Part shown: positions 57,005 to 64,000 of the stretch, piece by piece
How the letters are laid out: every line of letters starts with the position of its first letter
How positions within the stretch are numbered: position 1 is the stretch's first letter
From: Deltaproteobacteria bacterium
GTDB taxonomy: Bacteria > Myxococcota_A > Polyangia > Polyangiales > JADJMO01
NCBI GenBank assembly: GCA_022843175.1
Contig: JALHOE010000007.1
Coordinates: 20,675 to 84,674, forward strand
DNA: 64,000 nucleotides
Direction of reading: 5' to 3'
Translations under genes and position numbers: made by a program
Notes under the pieces: model-generated
What the model saw: the letters and a program-made list of their open reading frames with translations, nothing else
Database searches by the model: none
What the model was told of the DNA's origin: nothing

Positions 57005-57897
57005 CAGCGCCCCCCGCTGCGATAGGCGTCGACGACCTGAACCACCTTGGTCGTGGAGGCCTCGGTCGGCATCACCAGCGGCGCTCGCACGTTACCGGTG
57101 ATGACGCCAGCGGCGGCGAGCGCGGCCTTCGCCGGGCCGGGGTTGGACTCGATGAACATGACGTCGTGCACGGGCACGAGCGCGAGGTGCGCGCGGCGCG
57201 CGTCGTCCCACTTGCCCGCGAGCGCGAGCTCGCAGACCTGCTGAACCTGCTTCGGGAAGACGTTGGAGGTGACGCTGATCACGCCGCGCGCGCCGCACGC
57301 CATCATGCCCAGGGTCAGCGCGTCGTCGCCGGAGAGGATGGTGAGGCGGTCGCCGAGGCGACGGTGGAGCTCCTGCGCGCGGAGGATGTTGCCGGTCGCC
57401 TCCTTGATCGCGATGACGTTCGGCGACGCCTTGCAGATCGCCTCGACGCTCTCGGGCTGGAGATCGGACGCGGTGCGGCCGGGGACGTTGTAGAGAACGA
57501 CGGGCGTGTCCTTCACGGCCGCGGCGACCTGCTTGCAGTGCTCGACCATGCCGGCCTGGGTCGGCTTGTTGTAGTACGGCATCACGATCATCACGGCGTC
57601 GACGCCGACCTCGACCGCGCGCTTCGAGAGGTTGATCGCCTCGCGGGTGGCGTTGCTGCCGGTGCCGCCGATGATCGGGACCCGCTTGTTCGCGCGCTTG
57701 ACCACCTTGGCGATGACGCCGATGTGCTCGTCGTCGTCGAGCGTGGGGGACTCGCCGGTCGTCCCGCACGGGACGATGCCGGCGATCCCACCCGCGATCT
57801 GCGCGTCGACCAGGCGGTCGAGCGCGGCGTCGTCGACGCGGAGTTGCGCGTCGAAGGGGGTGACCAGGGCGGTGAACGCGCCGTTCAGCTGCAGCAT
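57004..57897 (-). CDS. dapA: 4-hydroxy-tetrahydrodipicolinate synthase
   Basis: ATG at 57897. GAFTALVTPFD, GIVPCGTTGESPTL, YYNKPTQ, IAIKEATG. Confidence 0.9.
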   Translation of the reverse strand: MLQLNGAFTALVTPFDAQLRVDDAALDRLVDAQIAGGIAGIVPCGTTGESPTLDDDEHIGVIAKVVKRANKRVPIIGGTGSNATREAINLSKRAVEVGVDAVMIVMPYYNKPTQAGMVEHCKQVAAAVKDTPVVLYNVPGRTASDLQPESVEAICKASPNVIAIKEATGNILRAQELHRRLGDRLTILSGDDALTLGMMACGARGVISVTSNVFPKQVQQVCELALAGKWDDARRAHLALVPVHDVMFIESNPGPAKAALAAAGVITGNVRAPLVMPTEASTTKVVQVVDAYRSGGR

Positions 57898-57962
57898 GGC
57901 CAATGCCTTACCGCAACGCGATTGGAGCCGCGAGCGTCACGGAGGGAGCCGCGAGCGTCAGC

Positions 57963-57994
57963 GAGCGGGTTGTCGGGCCCAGTACAACCCGCTC
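57963..57994 (-). terminator. Hairpin (11-bp perfect stem, 10-nt loop) downstream of the PP2C gene
   Basis: GAGCGGGTTGT-cgggcccagt-ACAACCCGCTC, 34 nt after the stop at 58028. No U-tract. Confidence 0.35.
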
Positions 57995-58027
57995 CCTTAC
58001 GGTCGCGGCTCGGGGGCGCGGGGCCGG

Positions 58028-58846
58028 TCAGCCCGGCAGCGTGGCTTCGTTGCCCCAGCTCTCGCTGATGAGGGTGCCCTCTTCGGTCACCTTGACGACG
58101 ATCGCCGTGACGTTGTCCTCGCCGCCGTGCTCGTTGGCGCGCTCGATCAGGTTGCGCACGCCCGACTCGAGGTCCCCGTGGTGGGCCGTGACGATGTCGG
58201 CGATCTCCTGGTCGGACACCATGCCGCTGAGGCCGTCACTGCAGAGGATGTAGATGTCACCGACGTGGGGCACGTCGACCTTCACGTCGACCTGCACCTG
58301 GTCGTGCATGCCGAGCGCGCGGGTGATGACGTTCTTCGGGAGGTTGTCGCGCTGCTCGGTGGGCAGCTCGGGCATCGCCTGCAGGTACTCGTTGATCAAC
58401 GAGTGGTCGCGGGTGAGCTGCTCGATGCCGCCGTTGCGCACGCGATAGCAGCGCGAGTCGCCCACGTGCGCGACGTAGACCTGGTTCTTCTTGGGGGCGT
58501 AGAGCAGCCCGACGACCGTGGTGCCCATGCCGTGCAACTCGCGGTTGCCGAGGGCGCGGTCGTAGATCTTACGATTCGCGAGCTTGATGCCGCAGATGAG
58601 GCGGTTCTCTTCCTCGGTCTTCGCCGCGTCGAACGGGAAGGGCCACGTGATGTCCTCGGACATCGTGGTCTTGAAGAACTCCGCGACCTCGGTCGTGGCG
58701 ATCTGGGACGCAACGTCTCCAGCCCGATGCCCACCCATCCCGTCGGCGACGACGTAGAGGGAGTGCTCGGGGAGCATCACGAAACGATCTTCGTTGTGCT
58801 CGCGCTGTCGACCCACGTCGCTCAGCCCGGCTCCGATCGCCTTCAT
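58028..58846 (-). CDS. PP2C-family Ser/Thr protein phosphatase
   Basis: ATG at 58846. GLSDVGRQREHNEDRF, VADGMGGHRAGDVAS, LCSDGL, GGEDNVTAIVV. Confidence 0.9.
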   Translation of the reverse strand: MKAIGAGLSDVGRQREHNEDRFVMLPEHSLYVVADGMGGHRAGDVASQIATTEVAEFFKTTMSEDITWPFPFDAAKTEEENRLICGIKLANRKIYDRALGNRELHGMGTTVVGLLYAPKKNQVYVAHVGDSRCYRVRNGGIEQLTRDHSLINEYLQAMPELPTEQRDNLPKNVITRALGMHDQVQVDVKVDVPHVGDIYILCSDGLSGMVSDQEIADIVTAHHGDLESGVRNLIERANEHGGEDNVTAIVVKVTEEGTLISESWGNEATLPG

Positions 58847-58996
58847 CCCATCGCGCTCCCGTCCATCGAACAATTAGTGAGTTCTCTCTAGGAAAAGCTG
58901 ACCCGGACGGTGCCCCCGAAGTGCACGACGGTTTCACGCCCACTCGGGCGCCGTCAAGGCGGACGTGACAGGCGGGAGCGTACCACTCCCGGCCCG

Positions 58997-59554
58997 TCAG
59001 ATCTCCATGATGTCCTTCTCTTTGTGGGCGAGGATCGCGTCGACCTGCTTGATCCCCTCGGCGACCACCTCTTCGACCTTCTTCTTGCCCCGATCGGCCT
59101 CGTCGGCGGGCATATCGCCCGACTGATCGGCCTCGGAGAGGAAGTCGAGCGCCTCGTGGCGCGCTTTCCGGATGGCGATCTTCGCCTCTTCTCCAGACTT
59201 CTTACTGATCTTGACCAACTCCCGGCGGCGCTCCTCGTTGAGCGCGGGGATCGGGATGCGGATCATTTCCCCATCCGGCTGGGGGTTGAGGCCCAGCTCG
59301 GCCTCGCGGATGGCCTTCTCGACGAATTTCACCTGGCTCTTGTCCCAGGGCTTCACGATGAGCAGCCGCGGCTCGGGCACCGAGATGTTCGCCATCTGGG
59401 AGAGCTGGGTCGGGGTGCCGTAGTAGTCGACGCGAACGGAGTCGAGCATGGCCGCGTTGGCGCGGCCGGTGCGGAGCTTGGCCAGCTCGCGCTTCAGGGC
59501 GTCGTGCGCCTTGCCGATGCCGGTATGCAGCTCCTTCAGAACGTCGTCCATCAT
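58997..59554 (-). CDS. frr: Ribosome recycling factor
   Basis: ATG at 59554. LAKLRTGRANAAMLDSVRVDYYGTPTQLSQMANISVPEPRLLIVKPWDK, NEERRRELVK. Confidence 0.9.
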   Translation of the reverse strand: MMDDVLKELHTGIGKAHDALKRELAKLRTGRANAAMLDSVRVDYYGTPTQLSQMANISVPEPRLLIVKPWDKSQVKFVEKAIREAELGLNPQPDGEMIRIPIPALNEERRRELVKISKKSGEEAKIAIRKARHEALDFLSEADQSGDMPADEADRGKKKVEEVVAEGIKQVDAILAHKEKDIMEI

Positions 59555-59765
59555 GGGGGTGCGGTTCTCCAATGGACCGCGCCGTGACCCGGCACGGGCG
59601 GGGGCGAGCAGGGTAGGCGAGAAGCGGGAGCGTAGAAAGGGGGTCGCCTCGGCGCAGCCGTGGATTTGTCCGGTGTCGCGCGAATCGCGGGCCGAGCCTG
59701 CTTTGAATCAGGCCCGCCGGGCGCCGTCCGACGCTAGAGTTCCCGGGTAACAAGGAGACTTCGCG

Positions 59766-60644
59766 ATGCATCGAGCGGTGAAGCGTGCGACCTGGTTTGC
59801 GGTGGCCACCCTCGGCCTCTCGTTGGCGCTGACGTCGGCAGCGGCCCCCAAAAAGGACCCGCCCAAGGACGCCGCCGCGAAGGACGCGGTGCTCAAGCCG
59901 AACCCGGCCCTCAAGGAGAAGATCGCGGCCCGCATCAAGCCCTGGAAGTGGGGCATGTCGTCGGGCGAGGTCTTCACCGCGATGGACAAGGAGATCGACC
60001 AGCTCTACGCCGAGAAGGTCTCCAAGGCCTACAACCCGAAGCAGCAGGCCCAGCTCGAGAAGGAGGCGGAGAAGAAGAAGAAGGATCTCCGCACCAAGCT
60101 CATCGAGTTCAAGGGCGGCGCCGGCGTCAGCGGCTACGAGATCAAGGCGCCCGGCGAGTTCACCTACAAGAACGGCGAGTCGGCGATCGAGGTCCCCCGC
60201 CCCGGCGGCGGCGAGCGCCAGCTGTTCTTCCTGAACGACAAGCTGTGGAAGGTCTACGACCACGTCCACCTCACGGCGAAGGACGCGGAGCTCGGTGAGA
60301 CCTGGGACCAGGCCGTCGAAAAGTTCGTGAAGGATGTCGGCGACAAGGGCAAGAAGGTCGAGAAGAAGGCGGCCAGCGCCGCGTACTACGGCGTGATGAT
60401 GCAGGTCCCCGAGCACTACCTTTTCTCGGACGGCGCCACGCAGATCCGCCTCATCGACCACACCAAGCGCGAGGACATGACCACCCGCACCGTCGGCCTC
60501 GCCTACGAGGACGTGTCGATGGTCGAGAAGCTCCCGACCTACCGCACCAACGTCGAGAAGAAGGCGTCGGACGCGCTGGTCGACAAGGCCGGCGCCCCCG
60601 ACCCGCTCCCCGCCAAGTCCGCGGAGCCGAAGAAGAAGAAGTAA
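59766..60644 (+). CDS. Secreted Lys-rich protein, unknown function
   Basis: Signal MHRAVKRATWFAVATLGLSLALTSAAA. High G/C at codon position 3. KKKK at the C-terminus. Confidence 0.6.
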   Translation: MHRAVKRATWFAVATLGLSLALTSAAAPKKDPPKDAAAKDAVLKPNPALKEKIAARIKPWKWGMSSGEVFTAMDKEIDQLYAEKVSKAYNPKQQAQLEKEAEKKKKDLRTKLIEFKGGAGVSGYEIKAPGEFTYKNGESAIEVPRPGGGERQLFFLNDKLWKVYDHVHLTAKDAELGETWDQAVEKFVKDVGDKGKKVEKKAASAAYYGVMMQVPEHYLFSDGATQIRLIDHTKREDMTTRTVGLAYEDVSMVEKLPTYRTNVEKKASDALVDKAGAPDPLPAKSAEPKKKK

Positions 60645-60648
60645 ACGG

Positions 60649-61401
60649 TCAGGGCGCGATCGCCGCGATGAGCCGCCCGCTCCTCGCGCCGTCGCGCCGG
60701 TGGCTGAAGAACCGCTCGGCGTCGCACTTGGTGCAGCCCGGTACGTCTTCGATGTTCGCGTCGGCGACGCCGAGGGCGAGGAGCTGCAGCCGCACCGCAC
60801 GCCGGAGATCGACGTGCGGCCGGGGACGATCGCGGAGCACGACGCCGTCGGCCGGGGCCGCGTCGAGGATCGCCGACGCGACCTCCTCGCCGACCTCGAA
60901 GCAGCATGGCCCGATCGAGGGCCCGATCGCCGCGACGATGTCCCGCGAGCCGCGCGCGCGAATCGCGAGCTGGGCGAGAGCGGCCTGCACGACGCCGCCG
61001 ACCACGCCCCGCCAGCCCGCGTGCACCGCCGCGACCACGCCCGTCTTCCCCTCGTGGAGCAGCACCGGCACGCAGTCGGCCACGCGAATGCCGATCGCCG
61101 TGGACGGGTCGTGGGCGACGAGCGCGTCGGCGTGCTCGTGCAGCACCTCGAGCCGAACATCGCCCGGCTCGATCGCGCGCACGTCGCTGCCGTGGACCTG
61201 GCTCGTCTGGTAGAGGCGCTCGGGGTCGACCTCGATCATCGCGGCGAACCGGCGGAGGTTCTCGGTCACCGCGGCGGGCTCGTCGCCCGGGCCGACCGCG
61301 ACGTTGAGCGTCGCGAAGGGGCCCTGGCTCACACCGCCGATGCGCGTGGAGAACCCGTGTCGGACCTTGCGCGCCGAGAGGAGCTCGCTCCGGAGGATCA
61401 T
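60649..61401 (-). CDS. pgeF: Peptidoglycan editing factor PgeF (YfiH/DUF152 laccase-domain protein)
   Basis: ATG at 61401. VRHGFSTRIGGVS, QVHGSDV, ADCVPVLL, HAGWRG, CTKCD...FFSHRRDG. Confidence 0.85.
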   Translation of the reverse strand: MILRSELLSARKVRHGFSTRIGGVSQGPFATLNVAVGPGDEPAAVTENLRRFAAMIEVDPERLYQTSQVHGSDVRAIEPGDVRLEVLHEHADALVAHDPSTAIGIRVADCVPVLLHEGKTGVVAAVHAGWRGVVGGVVQAALAQLAIRARGSRDIVAAIGPSIGPCCFEVGEEVASAILDAAPADGVVLRDRPRPHVDLRRAVRLQLLALGVADANIEDVPGCTKCDAERFFSHRRDGARSGRLIAAIAP

Positions 61402-62108
61402 CGCGGGAACGTATACGACGAATAGCGCTCGCCGTGAGGCCCGCGAACGATCACCTGCCGCGGGGGCGGGAGCTCGGGCGGTCGCTGTGCGCGCGGGAAC
61501 AGCGCGCGCACGAGCACGAGACCGGCGAGGAAGCCGCCGATGTGCGCCCACCACGCAACCCCGCCGGTGGCCGCGCCCGAGAGGGCGCCCATGCCGCGCA
61601 TCAGGTTGATCGCGAACCATTCGAGCACGAAGAACAGCGCCGGGATCGGCAGGATGAAGAACAACACCAGCGTGTCGATGCGACGGCGCGGGAACAACGA
61701 CACGTACGCCGCGAGCACGCCCGAGATCGCGCCCGAGGCGCCGAGCATGGGCACGCGCGAGAGGGGCTCGATCGCCGCCTGCGCGAGCGCCGCTCCGACG
61801 CCGGCCAGCAGGTAGAGCGCGCCGAAGCGCCGGGAGCCGAGCGCGGACTCGACGCTCGGGCCGAAGACGTAGAGGAACCACACGTTGCCGAGCAGGTGCA
61901 TCCACCCGCCGTGGAGGAACATGCTGGTGACGATGGTGAGCGCCCCCTGCCCCGGGTCGACCTGCAGCGTGCGCGGGACGAACGCCCACGGCATGACCGC
62001 GCCGCCGAACAACTCGAGGAGGAAGACCGCGAGGTTGAGCGCGATCAGCGCGGGCACGACGACTGTCGGCCTCAGCGGTTCGTCGCGCACCTCGCGGATC
62101 GGGAGCAT
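61398..62108 (-). CDS. Rhomboid-family intramembrane serine protease
   Basis: ATG at 62108. FLHGGWMHLLGNVWFLYVFG, GASGAISGVLAAY (catalytic Ser), WWAHIGGFLAG (catalytic His). ATGA overlap with pgeF. Confidence 0.85.
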   Translation of the reverse strand: MLPIREVRDEPLRPTVVVPALIALNLAVFLLELFGGAVMPWAFVPRTLQVDPGQGALTIVTSMFLHGGWMHLLGNVWFLYVFGPSVESALGSRRFGALYLLAGVGAALAQAAIEPLSRVPMLGASGAISGVLAAYVSLFPRRRIDTLVLFFILPIPALFFVLEWFAINLMRGMGALSGAATGGVAWWAHIGGFLAGLVLVRALFPRAQRPPELPPPRQVIVRGPHGERYSSYTFPR

Positions 62109-62144
62109 GGCCGCAACGTAAATACGGTTTAGGCTCGTGCCACC

Positions 62145-62537
62145 TTGATCCCGGTCCTCGCGGTCGGCGCGGTCGTCGTCATCGATCCGCAGCGTTTTGT
62201 GCTGATTCAGCGCGGCACCCCGCCCAACGTCGGGAGCTGGTCGCTCCCCGGCGGAAGAGTTTCGGGGGCTGAGCGGTTGAGCGCCGCGCTCGAGCGGGAG
62301 GTGCTCGAGGAGACCGGCCTCGTCGTCGCCGTCGGCGAGCTCATCGAGGTCGTCGAGCTCATCGGCGACGACTATCACTATGTGGTGCTCGACTACGCGG
62401 CGCGCGTCGTCTCGGGCGAGCTCGTCGCGGGGGACGACGCGGCCGACGCGCGCATCGTCCACCTCGACGAGCTCGCAAGCTACGGCGTGACCGACCTCGT
62501 CGACCGCGTGATCAGGCGCGCGCTCGCACGAGCGTGA
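62145..62537 (+). CDS. NUDIX hydrolase
   Basis: 130 aa, TTG start. Nudix box GGRVSGAERLSAALEREVLEETGL. Confidence 0.8.
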   Translation: MIPVLAVGAVVVIDPQRFVLIQRGTPPNVGSWSLPGGRVSGAERLSAALEREVLEETGLVVAVGELIEVVELIGDDYHYVVLDYAARVVSGELVAGDDAADARIVHLDELASYGVTDLVDRVIRRALARA

Positions 62538-63579
62538 GGAGCACGTCCTCGTCGAGGCGCTCCACCGACTCGAGCGCGAACCGCGGCGCGTGACCGGGCG
62601 AGGCGACAGAGAGGTTGCGGAGCGCGGGGATGCCCTCGTCCCCGAGGGCGATCGGCGCGATGAACCACTGCAGCTCGTCGACGAGGCCTTGCGCGATCAG
62701 CGCGCCCGCGAGCTCGGCGCCGCCCTCGACCAGGAGATCGACGATCGACGCCGAGCCGAGCGCGGTGAGCGCGGCCACGAGGTCGAGACCACCCGGCGCG
62801 CGCGGCACGCGGAGGGAGCGCACCGCGGGCTCCTTCGCGTCCTCGGCGATGAGGGCGATCGTCGGGGCTTCGCCGTCGAGGAGCTTGCCCCGAACGCGCC
62901 CGTCGGGATCGAACACCACGCGCGTGGGCGGATCGCGGCCCTCGGCGGGCGCGACATCGCGCACCGTGAGCGACGGATCGTCGGCCAGTGCGGTGCCGAT
63001 GCCAACCGCGATCGCGTCGACCGCGGCCCGCGTCTCGTGGACGCGCCGGCGCGCGGCGGCGCCGGTGATCCACTTGGACACCCCGCTCGCCGCGGCGATG
63101 CGCCCGTCGAGCGAGGCCGCGAGCTTGAGCCGGACCCACGGCCGGCCGGTGGCCGCGTGCTTGGCGAACGGGCGGACCATGCGCGCGCAAAGCTCCTCTT
63201 CCACCCGCTCGGTGACCTCGACGCCGGCGGCGACGAGGCGCGCGTTGCCGCCGCCCTGCACGCGCGGATCGGGATCGCGGACGCCGACCACGACGCGCCG
63301 CACGCCAGCGGCGAGGATCGCGTCGGTGCACGGCGGGGTGCGCCCGTGGTGGTTGCAGGGCTCGAGCGTGACGTAGAGCGTGGCGCCGCGGGCGCGGGCG
63401 CCGGCTTCGCGGAGCGCCATCACCTCGGCGTGCTCGCGACCGGCGCGCGGATGGTGCCCGCGGCCGACGATTTCGCCGCTCGGCGCGACGACGATCGCGC
63501 CCACGTGCGGGTTCGGCGAGGGCGTCCCCTTGCGCGCCTCCTCGAGGGCGAGGCGGAGCTGCGCGGCGTCGTCGATCAT
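62512..63579 (-). CDS. ribD: Bifunctional riboflavin-biosynthesis deaminase/reductase RibD
   Basis: ATG at 63579. [31 protein letters not shown] (CDA zinc motif), reductase half [11 protein letters not shown]. Confidence 0.9.
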   Translation of the reverse strand: MIDDAAQLRLALEEARKGTPSPNPHVGAIVVAPSGEIVGRGHHPRAGREHAEVMALREAGARARGATLYVTLEPCNHHGRTPPCTDAILAAGVRRVVVGVRDPDPRVQGGGNARLVAAGVEVTERVEEELCARMVRPFAKHAATGRPWVRLKLAASLDGRIAAASGVSKWITGAAARRRVHETRAAVDAIAVGIGTALADDPSLTVRDVAPAEGRDPPTRVVFDPDGRVRGKLLDGEAPTIALIAEDAKEPAVRSLRVPRAPGGLDLVAALTALGSASIVDLLVEGGAELAGALIAQGLVDELQWFIAPIALGDEGIPALRNLSVASPGHAPRFALESVERLDEDVLLTLVRARA

Positions 63580-64000
63580 TCGACGGGATCTGTGGGGGCG
63601 GGCGGGCGCGAGGGCGAGAGGTCTGCCGGCCGCGAGGGCGGCGGCGCGACCCGCATCCGCTCCGAGGTGCGGACCCGCTGCCCGAGCCGCTGCAGCTCGT
63701 CGAGGAACTCGCCGATGTCGTCGAACTGGCGATAGACCGACGCGAAACGGACGTAGGCGACCTGGTCGAGCTCGCGGAGGTGAACCATCACCTTCTCGCC
63801 GATCTCGCTCGAGGCGATCTCTCGCTCGCCGCTCTCGCGGAGATCGCGCTCGATCGCATCGGCGACCTCTTCGCGCGCCTCGGCCGAGACGGGGCGCTTC
63901 TGGCACGCGCGCTCGAGCCCCTGGATCAGCTTGCGGCGGTCGTAGCTCTCGCGCCGGCCGTCCTTCTTCACGATGAGCGGGATGGCCTCTTCGATGCGCT
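63576..64000 (-). CDS. nrdR: Transcriptional repressor NrdR (5' end beyond the right edge)
   Basis: [23 protein letters not shown]...[14 protein letters not shown] (ATP-cone). The frame stays open to nt 64000. Stop overlaps the ribD ATG (ATGA). Confidence 0.85.
   Translation of the reverse strand, partial: RIEEAIPLIVKKDGRRESYDRRKLIQGLERACQKRPVSAEAREEVADAIERDLRESGEREIASSEIGEKVMVHLRELDQVAYVRFASVYRQFDDIGEFLDELQRLGQRVRTSERMRVAPPPSRPADLSPSRPPAPTDPVE

Overview
This is a 64 kb, roughly 70% GC, gene-dense chromosomal window. The content points to a myxobacterium of the Polyangiales or Sandaracinus type, which is an inference from gene content. The evidence is many Cys-rich lipoproteins, two Hanks-type Ser/Thr kinases, a PP2C phosphatase, a serpin, a clostripain-like peptidase, and a minor-pilin/PilY1 cluster. 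I call about 58 protein genes. I saw no rRNA, tRNA, CRISPR array, transposase or integrase.

Because of the high GC content, nearly every real gene has long Arg/Ala-rich ORFs on the opposite strand or in other frames. I rejected these as artefacts. Several very long listed ORFs are mergers of a real 3' gene with upstream out-of-gene reading frame.

Housekeeping anchors:
- amtB, ppnP, engB, ridA and recN
- dapA-dapB, frr and pgeF
- a rhomboid protease
- ribD, and nrdR, which is cut by the right edge

The most interesting candidates are all unverified:
1. A lipoprotein with a ZU5-like domain, an intact HFS autoproteolysis motif and a poly-acidic tail, sitting in a cluster of orphan secreted proteins (52.5-56.2 kb).
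2. A SAM-methyltransferase fused to two degenerate Nudix-like modules, next to a ferritin-like lipoprotein (11.7-15.3 kb).
3. An orphan protein of about 996 aa (22.4-25.4 kb).
4. A MITE-like or long-hairpin element with a perfect 27-bp inverted repeat (25.4-25.6 kb).
5. A small-protein/ABC1-kinase/MerR operon preceded by an AT-rich island with two overlapping perfect palindromes.
6. An inhibitory-type serpin divergent from a lipoprotein that carries an in-frame hexanucleotide microsatellite.

All functional calls come from motif recognition by eye. None was confirmed by a database search.
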